Shown piece by piece: positions 1 to 12,921 of a DNA stretch of 64,000 bases; position 1 is the first letter of the stretch, and every line of letters starts with the position of its first letter. Made by a program: the position numbers and the translations under genes. This stretch comes from an uncultured delta proteobacterium (GTDB lineage Bacteria > Myxococcota_A > Polyangia > Palsa-1104): positions 1-64,000 of the forward strand of contig CAWAWS010000022.1 of assembly GCA_963785725.1 (NCBI GenBank), given 5' to 3'. The notes under the pieces are model-generated. The model was not told where the DNA came from and ran no database searches. It saw only the letters and a program-made list of their open reading frames with translations.

Positions 1-1
1 G

Positions 2-175
2 CCGCGCTTGTTGGCCGTGTGGGGCAAGCACGATCCGTTCTTCCTGCCGGCCGGCGCCGAGGCGTTCAAGCGCGACCTTCCCGACGCCGAGGTGCGGCTC
101 TACGACACCGGCCACTTCGCGCTCGAGACGCATGCGCCGGAGATTGCCGCGGCCATCGCCGGCTTTATCCAATGA
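2..175 (+). CDS. alpha/beta hydrolase, C-terminal fragment (starts before window)
   Basis: Manual translation PRLLAVWGKHDPFFLPAGAEAFKRDLPDAEVRLYDTGHFALETH...IQ*; same WGKxD and DTGHFALETH motifs as the hydrolase at 19016-19912. Confidence 0.85.
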   Translation, partial: PRLLAVWGKHDPFFLPAGAEAFKRDLPDAEVRLYDTGHFALETHAPEIAAAIAGFIQ

Positions 176-198
176 CGACAGCTGCAAGGAGGAGCGCC

Positions 199-969
199 AT
201 GCCGCAATCCGTTGCCATCGTGACCGGCGCCAGCCAAGGCATCGGCCGCGCCACCGCCATCCGCCTCGCACGCGACTTCGCCGCCGTCGTCCTCGTGGCG
301 CGCGATCGCGCCCACCTCGACGAGACGGCGGCGCAGGTCCGCGCCGCCGGCGCCGAGCCTCACGTCATCGACCTCGACCTGGCCGATCCGGCAGCGGCCG
401 CGACCGTCGTCGCGCAGACGCTGGCGCGCTGCGGCCGCATCGATGCGCTCGTGAACATCGCCGGCGCCGTGCCGCAGATCGATCTGTTCGAGATGACCGA
501 CGCGCAATGGAACGACGGCATGGCCTTGAAGCTCCACGGCGCGCGACGACTGACGGTGGCGGCCTGGCCGGCGCTGAAGGCCGCGCACGGCGCCGTCGTC
601 TTGATGTCGGGCAACTCGGCGGTCGTCCCGAAGGCGCCGTATGCGGCCGTCGGCACCATCAACGCGGCCATCGTCGCGCTGGCCAAGGCATTCGCCGATC
701 GCGGCATCGCCGATGGCGTGCAGGTCAACAGCGTGCAGCCGGGCCCGGTCATGACCGGACGCCGTCGCTCGTATCTCGAGCATTGGGCGCCGCTGCACGA
801 CATGACCGTCGCCGAGGCGACCGCGAAGTTTCCCAAGGACGCGGGAATCGCCCGCTATGGCGAGCCGGAAGAGATCGCCGAGCTGATGGCATTCCTCGTC
901 TCGCCCAACGCCCGCTGGATGACGGGGACGACCTTGCGCATGGACGGCGGCGAGGTCAAAGCCGTCTGA
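199..969 (+). CDS. SDR family oxidoreductase
   Basis: TGASQGIG Rossmann motif, VNIAG, VNSVQPG, TGTTLRMDGG; AGGAGG RBS upstream of ATG 199. Confidence 0.9.
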   Translation: MPQSVAIVTGASQGIGRATAIRLARDFAAVVLVARDRAHLDETAAQVRAAGAEPHVIDLDLADPAAAATVVAQTLARCGRIDALVNIAGAVPQIDLFEMTDAQWNDGMALKLHGARRLTVAAWPALKAAHGAVVLMSGNSAVVPKAPYAAVGTINAAIVALAKAFADRGIADGVQVNSVQPGPVMTGRRRSYLEHWAPLHDMTVAEATAKFPKDAGIARYGEPEEIAELMAFLVSPNARWMTGTTLRMDGGEVKAV

Positions 970-1356
970 CGGCGCGGCGCGACCGAGCCTCGCGCCCGAC
1001 TACTGCTTGCCGCGTCCGATCGACGCCGGCCGCGCCTGAACGATCGCCGCCAATGCCGCTGCGGCATCTTGCCGCACGTCGGCGAACGCGCGTTGTCGCC
1101 GCAGCGTCACTGTGCGCTCGGCCGCTGCGCGAATCAGCGCCATCTCGTCGCATCCTCGATCGCGTCCCATCGGAGTCAGTCGACCAAGGCTCGCTCGTTC
1201 ACTCGACCGTGATGAGCACGCTGCTGCGGCAGATTGCCGCATGGCCGGCATTTGCAGCCGCGAGACCCGACGGTCGCTCGGCCGCGCGCGGCGGCGACAC
1301 GGGCACGGCTGTTGCTACCTCTTCGGTCAACGCGAACAGAGACGAAGGGAGCGAAA

Positions 1357-2380
1357 ATGAAACTCGGGATGATCGGGCTCGGTCGCATGGGCGCGAACAT
1401 GGCGGCGCGCCTGCTCGGCGCCGGCCACGAGGTCGTCGCCTTCGATCGGCACCCGGAGAAGGTAGCAGGCTGCTCGTCGCGGAGGGCGCGATCGGCGCCG
1501 GCTCGCTCGAGGAGCTGGTGCGCGAAGCTCGAGCCGCCGCGCGCGATCTGGCTCATGGTGCCGGCGGCCGGCGGTCGACGACACGATCGCCGCGCTCGCG
1601 CCGCTGCTCGGCGCGCGACGACGTCATCATCGACGGCGGCAACTCCTACTATCGCGACGACATCCGCCGCGCCAAGGCGCTGGCTGCCGGACGGCATTCA
1701 CTACGTCGACGTCGGCACCTCGGGCGGCGTCTGGGGCAAGGAGCGCGGCTACTGCCAGATGATCGGCGGCGACGCCGACGTCGTGAAGCGCCTCGACCCG
1801 ATCTTCGCCGCGCTGGCTCCGCCCGTCGACGCCGCGCCGCGCACGATCGGCCGCGAGCGGGCCGCCGCACGCACCGCCGAGCACGGCTATCTGCACTGCG
1901 GGCCGCAACGGCGCCGGCCACTTCGTCAAGATGGTGCACAACGGCATCGAGTACGGGCTCATGGCCGCTTACGCCGAGGGGCTCAACATTCTCCGCCACG
2001 CCAACGTCGGCAAAGAGCAGCGCGCCGTCGACGCCGAGACCGCGCCGCTGCGCGACCCCGAGCTCTACCAGTACGACTTCGAACCTCGCCGAGATCGCCG
2101 AGGTCTGGCGGCGCGGCAGCGTCATCGCCTCGTGGCTGCTCGACCTGACCGCCGCCGCGCTCGTAGCGCAATCCCGAGCTGAGCGACTTCGCGGGCCGCG
2201 TCTCCGACTCGGGCGAGGGGCGCTGGACGCTCAAGGCCGCCATCGACGAGAGCGTGCCGGCGCCGATTCTCGTCGACGGCGATCGGCGAGCGCTTCGCGT
2301 CGCGCGGCGAGGCCGACTTCGCCGACCGCATCCTCTCGGCCATGCGCTTCGAGTTCGGCGGCCACCAGGAGAAACACTAA
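1357..2380 (+). CDS. gnd: 6-phosphogluconate dehydrogenase, decarboxylating (short type); several frameshifts in this sequence
   Basis: [52 protein letters not shown] and MRFEFGGH* are spread over different frames; TAA overlaps the zwf ATG. Confidence 0.88.
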
Positions 2381-3777
2381 TGGCCCCGGCGCTGCACTCG
2401 GACGCGCTGGTGTTCTTCGGCGCCACCGGCGACCTGGCCTACAAGCAGATCTTCCCGGCGCTGCAAGCGATGATCAAGAAGGGCACGCTGAACGTGCCCA
2501 TCATCGGCGTCGCCAAGTCGGGCTGGAAGCTCGATCAGCTGCGGGCGCGGGCGCGCGACAGCCTCGAGCATCACGGCGGGCTCGATCGCGGCGCCTTCGA
2601 CAAGCTGACCTCGCTCTTGCACTACGTCGACGGGGACTACGTGGCCGAGTCCACCTTCGACAGCCTGCGCAAGGAGCTCGGGCAGGCCAAGCGCCCCTTG
2701 CACTACCTCGCCATCCCGCCGAGCGCGTTTGCCACCGTCGTCGACGGCCTCGGCAAGTCGGGCTGCGGCGCCTTGGCGCGCGTCGCCATCGAGAAGCCGT
2801 TCGGTCGCGACCTCGAGTCGGCGCGCGCGCTCAACACCACGCTGCACGCGGTCTTCCCCGAGTCGTCGATCTTCCGCATCGACCACTATCTCGGCAAGGA
2901 GCCGGTGCTGAACCTGCTCTACTTCCGCTTCGCCAACCTATCGCTCGAGCCGCTGCTCAACCGCGACCACGTCGACAACGTGCAGATCACGATGGCCGAG
3001 AGCTTCGGCGTGCAGGGGCGCGGCAAGTTCTACGAGGAGACGGGCGCCATCCGCGACGTCGTGCAGAACCACATGCTGCAGATCCTGTCGATCGTGGCCA
3101 TGGATGCGCCGGTCGGGCACGACGTCGAGGCCATCCGCGACGAGCGCGCGCGCATCTTGCGCGCCATCGCGCCGCTCGATCCCGAGCACGTCGTGCGCGG
3201 TCAATTTCGCGGCTATCGCGACGAGCCCGGCGTCGCGCCCGACTCGCAGGTCGAGACCTTCGCCGCCGCCGAGCTCAGCGTCGAGACCTGGCGCTGGGCG
3301 GGCGTGCCCTTCTTCATCCGCGCCGGCAAGAACCTCCCGGTCGACGCCATCGAAGTGCGCGTGCAGCTCAAGCAGCCGCCGCGCGACATCTTCGGCGAGG
3401 GCGGCCGACCGCCGCAGTATTTCCGCTTCCGCATCGGCCCGGCCGTGACCGCGCTCGCGCTCGGCATGCACGTCAAGCGCCCGGGCGAGCCGATGGTCGG
3501 CCGCGAGGTCGAGCTCATGGCCGCCGAGGACGAGTCGCGCGACATGCTGCCCTACGAGCGGCTCCTCGGCGACGCGCTGCGCGGCGACGCCAACTCGTTC
3601 GCGCGCGAAGACGCCATCGAGGCGCAGTGGCGTATCGTCGACCGCGTGCTCGATCTGCCGACGGCGCCCTTGCCGTACGAGCCGGGCACGTGGGGTCCGT
3701 CCGAAGCCGACCACCTCGTGGCCGCGGCGCCGGGCGGCTGGTACAAGCCGGTCGATCCGCGGGAGCGACGCCCATGA
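2380..3777 (+). CDS. zwf: glucose-6-phosphate dehydrogenase
   Basis: [36 protein letters not shown]. Confidence 0.95.
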   Translation: MAPALHSDALVFFGATGDLAYKQIFPALQAMIKKGTLNVPIIGVAKSGWKLDQLRARARDSLEHHGGLDRGAFDKLTSLLHYVDGDYVAESTFDSLRKELGQAKRPLHYLAIPPSAFATVVDGLGKSGCGALARVAIEKPFGRDLESARALNTTLHAVFPESSIFRIDHYLGKEPVLNLLYFRFANLSLEPLLNRDHVDNVQITMAESFGVQGRGKFYEETGAIRDVVQNHMLQILSIVAMDAPVGHDVEAIRDERARILRAIAPLDPEHVVRGQFRGYRDEPGVAPDSQVETFAAAELSVETWRWAGVPFFIRAGKNLPVDAIEVRVQLKQPPRDIFGEGGRPPQYFRFRIGPAVTALALGMHVKRPGEPMVGREVELMAAEDESRDMLPYERLLGDALRGDANSFAREDAIEAQWRIVDRVLDLPTAPLPYEPGTWGPSEADHLVAAAPGGWYKPVDPRERRP

Positions 3778-5132
3778 CGCCGCCGACCACGCCCGCGGTG
3801 ACGAAGGCGAAGCGACCGCGGGTGGTCATTCTCGGCGCCGGCTTCGGTGGGCTCGAAGCGGCGCGCGCGCTGCGCCATGCGCCGGTGCAGGTGACGATCA
3901 TCGATCGCAACAACCACCACGTCTTCTCGCCGCTGTTGTATCAGGTGGCCACCGCCGCGCTCGAGAGCCGCGACATCGCCTACCCGCTGCGCTCGCTCCT
4001 GCGACGGCAGAAGAACACCGAGGTGCTGATGGCCGAGGTGGACGCCATCGATCCGGCGGCGCAGCAGCTCCATCTCGTCGACGGTCAGGCGCTCGGCTAC
4101 GACTACCTCATCTTCGCCGCCGGCGCGCAGTCGTTCTACTTCGGCCACCCCGAGTTCGGGGCCTACGCGCCGAGCCTGAAGTCGGTGCGCGACGCGCTCG
4201 AGATTCGGTATCGCGTTCTCGTGGCGTTCGAGCGCGCCGAGCAGTCGCGCGACGTCGACGAGCAGCGCGCGCTCATGACCTTCGTCATCGTCGGCGGCGG
4301 CCCCACCGGCGTCGAGCTGGCGGGCGCGGTCGCCGAGCTGTCGCGCCACGCGCTCAAGCGCGACTTCCGCGAGATCGATCCGACGCAAGCCCGGGTCATC
4401 CTCGTCGAAGGCGGGCCCAGCATCTTGCCCACCTATCCGCCGGAGCTGCAGGCCAAAGCGGTCAAGCAGCTGGCGCGCCGCGGCGTCGACGTACGCGTCT
4501 CCGCGCGCGTCGTCGCCGTCGACGAGCACGGCGTCGTCGTCGGCAACGACCGCATCACCGCGCGCACGGTCTTGTGGGGCGCCGGCGTCGTCGGGACGCC
4601 GCTGGCGCGCTCGCTCGGCTCGCCCGTCGACGGCCACGGCCGCGTGCTGGTGACGCGCCGGCTCAACCCGCCCGGCCTCGCCAACGTCTTCGTCATCGGC
4701 GACGCCGCGGCCTTGCCGCAAGACGGCGAGCTCGTGCCGGGCGTGGCGCCGGCGGCGATTCAGGGCGGGCGTTACGCGGCCAAGTCGATCGTCAAGCGGC
4801 TCGCCGGCAAGCCGGTCGCGCCGTTCCACTACTGGAACAAAGGCCAGCTGGCGACGATCGGACGCTCGAGCGCGGTGGCGATGCTGCCGGGCAAGGTCAG
4901 GCTCTCCGGCTTCATCGCGCAGCTGTTCTATCTCACCGTCCACTTGCTCTACTTGAGCGGCTTCAGCACGCGCGTCCGCGTCGTGCTCTCGTGGTTCTGG
5001 TCGTATCTGACCTGGACCCGCGGCGCGCGGCTCATTCCCGACATGCGCTTCGAAAATTACCTAGCGAAGCCACAACTGACCGGCCAGCCGCCGGCGCCGG
5101 CGCTCGAAGAGCACCCGCCGCTGCCGCACTGA
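3774..5132 (+). CDS. ndh: type II NADH dehydrogenase family FAD-dependent oxidoreductase
   Basis: [46 protein letters not shown] overlap with zwf. Confidence 0.88.
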   Translation: MTPPTTPAVTKAKRPRVVILGAGFGGLEAARALRHAPVQVTIIDRNNHHVFSPLLYQVATAALESRDIAYPLRSLLRRQKNTEVLMAEVDAIDPAAQQLHLVDGQALGYDYLIFAAGAQSFYFGHPEFGAYAPSLKSVRDALEIRYRVLVAFERAEQSRDVDEQRALMTFVIVGGGPTGVELAGAVAELSRHALKRDFREIDPTQARVILVEGGPSILPTYPPELQAKAVKQLARRGVDVRVSARVVAVDEHGVVVGNDRITARTVLWGAGVVGTPLARSLGSPVDGHGRVLVTRRLNPPGLANVFVIGDAAALPQDGELVPGVAPAAIQGGRYAAKSIVKRLAGKPVAPFHYWNKGQLATIGRSSAVAMLPGKVRLSGFIAQLFYLTVHLLYLSGFSTRVRVVLSWFWSYLTWTRGARLIPDMRFENYLAKPQLTGQPPAPALEEHPPLPH

Positions 5133-5246
5133 CGACGATGCCCGCGGCCTAGGAATCGTCACCGGCCTCGCCGGCCGCCTACCGCGATCGCCGCTCGGGT
5201 GACTGCCCGCTTGCCCCTCGTGTATGCGGCTCCATAGCCCTTAGCG

Positions 5247-5453
5247 ATGCGTTGCCCGTCGCTGAATATCTTCGGAACGTTCTTTCCCTCGTGGATGCTG
5301 TGCACGCTCATCGGCATCGTCGTGGCCATCGTCGCGCATCAGCTGTTCGTCAGGCTGCACGTCGACGCCGAGCTGCGACCGGCGCTGCTCTTGTATCCGG
5401 CGATCGTCTTCGGCGTCACCTCCATCCTCTGGCTGAGCTTCTACGGTCACTAG
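5247..5453 (+). CDS. ytcA: YtcA-family small membrane protein
   Basis: PSLNIFGTFFPSWMLC motif, two hydrophobic helices, first gene of an MdtNOP-like operon. Confidence 0.75.
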   Translation: MRCPSLNIFGTFFPSWMLCTLIGIVVAIVAHQLFVRLHVDAELRPALLLYPAIVFGVTSILWLSFYGH

Positions 5454-6479
5454 ATGTTGACGCGGCAGATCATCGGACGCGGCAGCGTGTTGGCGGCGAT
5501 CGCGCTCGCCCTCGTGCTCGGCCTCGTGGTCCTGCACCGGCTCGACGTGCGCCCACGCACCAACGACGCGGTGGTCACGGCCAACACGATCCAGGTCGCG
5601 CCCGAGGTCGTCGGGCGCATCGTGACGCTCAACGTCAAGGACGACGCGCTCGTGCACAAAGGCGACGTGCTCTTCACGATCGATCCCGAGCCGTATCTGT
5701 TGAGCGTCCGGCAGGCCAGAGCGATGGTGGCGTCGCTCGAAGCGCAGATCGCGCTCACCACGCGCCGTGTCTCGGGCCAGGTCACCGGCGTCTCGGTGGC
5801 GCGGGCGCAGGCCGAGGCCGCGCGCGCCCGGCTGACGGAAGCGACGCGGACGCTCGAGCGCCTCGAGCCGCTCTTGGAAGACCGCTACGTGACGCCGCAG
5901 CAGGTCGACCTGGCGCGCACGGCCAAGGCCACCGCCGCCAGCGAGCTGACCGGGGCGCGCTCGGCCACGATCGAGCGGCGCCAAGACGTCGGCGACGCCA
6001 ACGCGCTCGCGGCCGACCTCGAAGGCGCCCGCGCGCTCGTCGGCAAGGCCGAGCGCGACCTGCGCAACACCGTCGTGCGCGCGCCGTTCGACGGGCGCAT
6101 CGTCGGCGTCACGACGTCGCTGGGACAGATCGTCACGCCGGCGCGCGCGCTCTTTACGCTCATCGACACGTCGCAGTGGTTCATCGTCGCCGACTTCCGC
6201 GAGACCGAGCTCGAGCGGATGCGTCCGGGCGAGCGCGTGACGGCCTACATCATGACCGCGCCCAAAGTGCACTTGCAAGGGACGGTCGAGAGCATCGGCT
6301 CGGCCGTGGCGCAGCTCGACAACCTCAGCGTCGCCGGCGTGCCGCCGGTCCCCAACGACCTCAACTGGGTGCGCATCGCGCAGCGCTTTCCCGTGCGCAT
6401 CGTGCTCGCGCAGCCGCCCGAGTCGCTCATGCGCATCGGCGCCTCGGCCGTGGTGGTCATCCATCATGACGGCCGCTGA
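5454..6479 (+). CDS. mdtN: HlyD-family membrane fusion protein (MdtN-like)
   Basis: N-terminal TM, PRTNDA, GDVLFTIDP, VRAPFDG, NWVRIAQRFPVRI. Confidence 0.85.
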   Translation: MLTRQIIGRGSVLAAIALALVLGLVVLHRLDVRPRTNDAVVTANTIQVAPEVVGRIVTLNVKDDALVHKGDVLFTIDPEPYLLSVRQARAMVASLEAQIALTTRRVSGQVTGVSVARAQAEAARARLTEATRTLERLEPLLEDRYVTPQQVDLARTAKATAASELTGARSATIERRQDVGDANALAADLEGARALVGKAERDLRNTVVRAPFDGRIVGVTTSLGQIVTPARALFTLIDTSQWFIVADFRETELERMRPGERVTAYIMTAPKVHLQGTVESIGSAVAQLDNLSVAGVPPVPNDLNWVRIAQRFPVRIVLAQPPESLMRIGASAVVVIHHDGR

Positions 6480-8493
6480 TTCGCTGCTACACGACGAGCT
6501 GACGCTGACGCCGGAGCGGACCTTCCGCATGCTGCGCATGACGGCGCTGGTCACGCTCGTCGTGACGCTGTCGATGGCGCTGCGCGTGCCCGACGCCGCG
6601 ATCTCGGCCTACATGGTCTTCTTCGTCACCAAGAGCGACACCGCCACGACCGTCAAAGTCGGCGTCGCGCTGGTCGCCGGCGTGACGGTGGCGCTGGCGA
6701 TGGTCTTCGTCTTCTTCTCGGTCACGGTCGCCGATCCGGCGCTGCGTCTGCCGCTCATGGCGCTGCTCATCTTCGGCGGCATGTACTTCATGCGCACCTC
6801 GCCGGTGGGCGCGCTCGGCCTCGCCATCGGCTTCATCACCGCCTACTCGCTGACCGAGGTCGACCAGGTCCGCTTGCCCGAGGAGCTGGTGCGCGGCCTC
6901 TTGTGGATTTGGGTCGTGATCGCCTATCCGATCGCGCTCGTCGTGCTCGCCGATCTGGCGTTCGGCCGGCGGCCCGACGAAGTCTATCGCGACGGCGTCG
7001 CCGCGCGCCTGCACGCCGCCGGTGCCGCGCTCGCCGCCACCGGCGCCAGCGCGCCCGTCGCCGCGCGCCGGCCGCTCGAGCGCTTCGTGCGCGTCGGCGT
7101 CGCCGACCTCGTGCCCTACGCCAAGTCGGGCCCGCCGGCGACGGCGCCGCTGCGCCTGGCGCTCCTGCGTCAGCTCGATCAGCTGGGCTATCTGGTGCGC
7201 GAGCTGCCGCCGGAGCTGGCGCGCAGCGCCGACGCGCAGCCGGCCCTGCGCCGCGCCGGCGACGCCTGCCTCGGCGCCGAGCGCGCGCTCGTCGGCGGGC
7301 AGCCGGCGCCGATCGTCGAGTTCACGTTGCTGGCGGACGAGCGCCGCCGCTTGGCCGAGGCGGCGCCGGCCACGGCCGCGGTCGTGTTCCCGCTGATTCG
7401 CTGCCTGCAGACGGTGACGCTCGCGGTCGACGAGCTGCTGCGGCCGGCGCCCGCCGCCGCAGCCGCCGCGACGAGCCGCCCGAAGCCGGCGAGCCCCTCG
7501 GCCGCCAAGCGCACCGAGGCGGCGCAGTTCGCCTTGAAAGTGACGCTGGCCAGCATGACCGCCTACCTCTTCTACACGGGGCTGGCGTGGTTCGGCATTC
7601 ACACGGCCATGATCACCTGCTTCTTCGTCGCCGAGGACAGCCTGGGCGCGACCATCCACAAGCTGACGCTGCGGCTGACCGGCGCGCTCGTCGGCGCCGC
7701 GCTCGGCATCGGCGCCATCATCGTCGTGCTGCCGCGGCTCGAGACGGTCGGCGGCCTCGGCATCTTGGTCGCGGTGGTGACGCTGTTCGCGGCCTGGATC
7801 TCGACCGGCAGCCAGCGGATCTCGTATGCCGGCTGGCAGATCGCGATCGCCTTCTACCTCACGGTGCTGCAGGGCTACTCGCGCACGTCGCACATGGTGG
7901 TCGGGCGCGATCGCGTCATCGGCATCTTGCTCGGCAACGTGCTGATGACGGTCGTGTTCACGACGCTGTGGCCGGTGCGCATCCGGCCGGCGATGCGGCA
8001 GGCGCTGTCACGCGCCGCGGCGGCGCTGGCGACGATGCTGCGCCTCGCGCCCGACGATCGCCAGCGGCTCGACGCGCTCGAGACGGCGTTCTACGGCGAC
8101 GTCACCGCCGCGCGGCAATACGCGCCGCTGAGCCGCTTCGAGCCCGGCAATGACGATCGCGCGCGCATCATGACGGTGATCGAGGAGCTGTGGATCCCGG
8201 TGCAGGCGATCGTTCGCGATCCGCTCGGCGTGGAGTCCGCGGGCGCGCGGCAGGCGCTGGCGCCGCTCGTCGACCAGGTCGCCGGCTGGCTGACGGCGCT
8301 GTCGGCGTCGATCGCGGCGCAGCGCCCGCTGCCCGCGTTGGCAGCGGCCGCGCCCGCGGTGGCGGCGTTCGAGCGCGCCCTCGACGACAGCCCGGCGTCG
8401 CACGAGCTGCGCGCGCGGCTGCGCCTGCACGTCGAGTGGCTCGAGCTCATGCGCACGCAGGTGGCGCAGCTCGCCGAGCGAGCGCCGGCATGA
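6466..8493 (+). CDS. mdtO: FUSC/MdtO-like inner membrane efflux protein
   Basis: Two multi-TM blocks; WFGIHTAMITC, YAGWQIA, RDRVIGILLG. Confidence 0.8.
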   Translation: MTAADSLLHDELTLTPERTFRMLRMTALVTLVVTLSMALRVPDAAISAYMVFFVTKSDTATTVKVGVALVAGVTVALAMVFVFFSVTVADPALRLPLMALLIFGGMYFMRTSPVGALGLAIGFITAYSLTEVDQVRLPEELVRGLLWIWVVIAYPIALVVLADLAFGRRPDEVYRDGVAARLHAAGAALAATGASAPVAARRPLERFVRVGVADLVPYAKSGPPATAPLRLALLRQLDQLGYLVRELPPELARSADAQPALRRAGDACLGAERALVGGQPAPIVEFTLLADERRRLAEAAPATAAVVFPLIRCLQTVTLAVDELLRPAPAAAAAATSRPKPASPSAAKRTEAAQFALKVTLASMTAYLFYTGLAWFGIHTAMITCFFVAEDSLGATIHKLTLRLTGALVGAALGIGAIIVVLPRLETVGGLGILVAVVTLFAAWISTGSQRISYAGWQIAIAFYLTVLQGYSRTSHMVVGRDRVIGILLGNVLMTVVFTTLWPVRIRPAMRQALSRAAAALATMLRLAPDDRQRLDALETAFYGDVTAARQYAPLSRFEPGNDDRARIMTVIEELWIPVQAIVRDPLGVESAGARQALAPLVDQVAGWLTALSASIAAQRPLPALAAAAPAVAAFERALDDSPASHELRARLRLHVEWLELMRTQVAQLAERAPA

Positions 8494-10007
8494 GGACGCG
8501 CGCGTATGCCGTCGGGCTGTCGCTGTGCCTGCAGCTGTGCGGCTGCGTGAGCTTTTACACCAGTCGCGCGCCGCGCTCGCCGGGCGCGCCGTGGCAGCTG
8601 GCCGACGCGCCGGCGCGCCGGCCAGTGCGCGCCCAGCCGGACGCGCGCGCGCTGCCGGCCGATCGCATCTACACGCTGCCCGAGCTCGTCGACATCGCCG
8701 AGTCGACCAACCCCGACACGCGCATCGGCTGGGAGCACGCGCGCCAGGCCGCGCTCGGCGTCGGCGTCGCCAACGCCGAGTGGTATCCCTCCGTGACGGC
8801 GCATACGCTGGCCGCGTATCAGCACGTGTGGCTAAAGGTGCCGACGCTGAACACGGCGACGCTCGGCATCAACCCGTCCGACACGCTGCCGAACGTGTCG
8901 CTGCCGCTGCCCAAGCTGCTGCAGTCGGGCTCCATCGACGTCGACACCTTTCAGGTGCTGCCGTTCGTCGCCGTTCGCTGGCCGCTGCTCGACCTCGGCC
9001 GCGGCCCCGCCGTCCGCGCCGCCAAGGAGCTCTCGGTCGCCGCCAACGAGCTGTTCACGGCGGCGCATCAAAAGATCATCTTCGACGTCGCCAGCGCCTA
9101 TTTCCGCCTGACGGCCGCGCGCAACCAGATCGGCGTCAGCCGCGACGCGCTCGCGCGCACGCGCGCCATCGCCAAAGCGGCCGAGGCGCGCTACGCGCAA
9201 GGCGTGGCCACGGTGGTCGAGCTGGCCGAGGCGCGGCGCGAGGTGGCGCAGGCCGAGTACCAGCTCACGCAGGCGCAGGCGGGCGAGATCGTCGTGTACA
9301 CGGCGCTGGTGACGGCGATGGGCAGCGATCCGGCCGCGCACCTCGAGGTCGTCGTCAACCCGAGCCGCGAGCTGCCGACCGAGGTCGACGGCAAGGTCGA
9401 GGACTACGTGAAGTCGGCGCTGGCGGCGCGGCCCGACCTGCGCGCGGCGCGCGCGCGGCTGCCGTCGACGGCGGCCGAGGTGTCGCGCAGCAAGGCCGCC
9501 TACGCGCCGCGCGTCAACCTCGTGGGCACGGCGGGCGCGGCGTATCTCGGCGCCGACCTGGCCGGCACGGGCTTCAAGACGGTGACGCTGCCGAACGTGA
9601 CGGCCGGCGTCAGCATCGACTGGGTGATCTTCGACGGCGGGCTGCGCGAGATTCGCGGCGAGATCGCCCGCTCCAAGCACAGCGAGGCCTATCAGGACAT
9701 GGTCAAGCTCGAGCATCAGACCGTGCAGCAGGTGATCACGGCCTATGGCGAGCTCAATGCCACGCTGTCGCGCTATCGGGCGGCGACGGCGTTCATGCAG
9801 ACCGCGAGCGTCGCCGACGACGCCGTCACCAAGTCCTACGTCAACGGCCTGGCCACGTTCACCGACGCCATGAACGCACAGAAGGCGCGCGCGGAGGCGT
9901 CGGCCGCCAAGGAGCAGGCGTTCGCCGACGCGCTCGTGGCGCAGGCGGCGTTGACCTTCGCGGCCGGGCAGCTGACGTCGGCGGACGCGGTTCCGTTGGC
10001 GCGCTAG
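8490..10007 (+). CDS. TolC-family outer membrane efflux lipoprotein
   Basis: Signal peptide with Cys, YTLPELVDIAESTNP, ARPDL, WVIFDGG; ATGA-coupled to the FUSC gene. Confidence 0.85.
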   Translation: MRTRAYAVGLSLCLQLCGCVSFYTSRAPRSPGAPWQLADAPARRPVRAQPDARALPADRIYTLPELVDIAESTNPDTRIGWEHARQAALGVGVANAEWYPSVTAHTLAAYQHVWLKVPTLNTATLGINPSDTLPNVSLPLPKLLQSGSIDVDTFQVLPFVAVRWPLLDLGRGPAVRAAKELSVAANELFTAAHQKIIFDVASAYFRLTAARNQIGVSRDALARTRAIAKAAEARYAQGVATVVELAEARREVAQAEYQLTQAQAGEIVVYTALVTAMGSDPAAHLEVVVNPSRELPTEVDGKVEDYVKSALAARPDLRAARARLPSTAAEVSRSKAAYAPRVNLVGTAGAAYLGADLAGTGFKTVTLPNVTAGVSIDWVIFDGGLREIRGEIARSKHSEAYQDMVKLEHQTVQQVITAYGELNATLSRYRAATAFMQTASVADDAVTKSYVNGLATFTDAMNAQKARAEASAAKEQAFADALVAQAALTFAAGQLTSADAVPLAR

Positions 10008-10011
10008 CGGC

Positions 10012-10878
10012 TCATTGGCAGGCGAAGCCGCTGGCACCGGGCACCGGCGTCGCGATGTTGTAAGCCTTGCAGCTCGTCCCCGTCGGGCAGCCGGTTGAGC
10101 CGGGAAGACCGATGCCGGTCGTCGAATTGCATTCCTCGTAGCAGAGGCCCTGATTTGCGCCGTCGGCGACGAGACAATTGAAGCCGCGCGGACAATTCGT
10201 CGTCACGACGCCCGTCACCGTGGTCGTGGCTTGGCAGGTGAGGCTGCACCAGTTTTGACCGTTGCTGGTCATGCAGACCGCGCAGTCGGCCGGGCCGGTG
10301 CAAGCGGCACCGAGCGGCACCGAGCAGATCCCGTCGCTCGTGCTGGCGCAGCCGTCGCTGTCACACGAGAAGCAGAGGCCGCTCGAGCACCACTGGTCGC
10401 CTTGGCAAGCGGTGCCGGCGGCGAACCCGGGCACGCACTGCCCCGACGCGCCGTCGGCGGACGCGACACAATAGCTGCCCGTCGCGCAGAAACAGCCGCA
10501 GGTCGAGTCGGTCGGCAGAAACTGGCACGGAGTGACCCGACCATCGAAGCAGACGTTCGAGTCGGACAGGCCGTTGTGAATGCTGTTGCCGTAGGGATCG
10601 CTGCAGGAGTCGACGCAGGCCGCGTTCCCGGCCCAGTCGAAGCCGCAGAGCAGCTTGGTGGCGCCATCGAGCCCGCAGTCGGGGTCGACATGGCACGGCT
10701 GCCCGAGCAGCGCCAAGACCGGCGCGGGAGCGGGCGGTGAGCCGCAGGCGACGAGCGCGAACGCGGCCGTCGCGACCCACGCGCGTCGTTGCGTCGGAAC
10801 GGGAGCCAATCGTCGAGCTTCCAAGCGGGGCCTCACCTTCTTAGACGCGCAATCACTCAATGAACACAATGCACGCAT
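10012..10878 (-). CDS. Cys-rich secreted lipoprotein, unknown function (start uncertain)
   Basis: Lipobox-like FALVAC followed by many Cys modules (GQPCHVDPDCG, GTACQGDQWCSSGLC, GAACTGPADC). Confidence 0.7.
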   Translation of the reverse strand: MRALCSLSDCASKKVRPRLEARRLAPVPTQRRAWVATAAFALVACGSPPAPAPVLALLGQPCHVDPDCGLDGATKLLCGFDWAGNAACVDSCSDPYGNSIHNGLSDSNVCFDGRVTPCQFLPTDSTCGCFCATGSYCVASADGASGQCVPGFAAGTACQGDQWCSSGLCFSCDSDGCASTSDGICSVPLGAACTGPADCAVCMTSNGQNWCSLTCQATTTVTGVVTTNCPRGFNCLVADGANQGLCYEECNSTTGIGLPGSTGCPTGTSCKAYNIATPVPGASGFACQ

Positions 10879-11110
10879 AGAACGCCCACGACCGCCGCGT
10901 CCGTCTGCGACGAGCATCGCAGGCAGCCGCGGTTTCGCGGCGTGATCCATTGCACGCCGACGGCGTTATTCGCGGACGCACCAGGCGTCGTCGGCGGCGA
11001 GCTCGGGCAGATCCCGCATCCAGCGGCGCCTACGCCGGGCGCGGTAGGCGCCGCCGACGGCATACGCGTTGCTTCGCTCGAAATCAGACAGTCCAGCGAT
11101 GGAGGACGCC

Positions 11111-11232
11111 ATGGAAGCGACGGAAAGCCTGCACGGCGAGGCACGGAGCGTCTGCCTCGACCCCATGACGCGCGCGCGGCTCGACACGGGCCCGCTGGCG
11201 CGCGACCGGCATCCGGGCGAGCGGGTGCGGCC

Positions 11233-11236
<4 letters not shown>
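11111..11236 (+). CDS. putative 41-aa small ORF coupled to pgi
   Basis: GGAGG at 11101, ATG at 11111, TGA overlaps the pgi ATG (ATGA); not in the ORF track. Confidence 0.35.
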
Positions 11237-12868
<1,632 letters not shown>

Positions 12869-12921
12869 CGCCGCCATCCGCGGGCATGCGGGTTGCTAAT
12901 TCTTCAGCCGAGGAGGAGCAC

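Noticed and set aside
132..5132. 1666-aa ORF as a giant fusion protein
   Set aside because: Shadow frame in high-GC DNA; apart from short frameshifted gnd pieces, only the last 452 aa (NDH-2) are protein-like.
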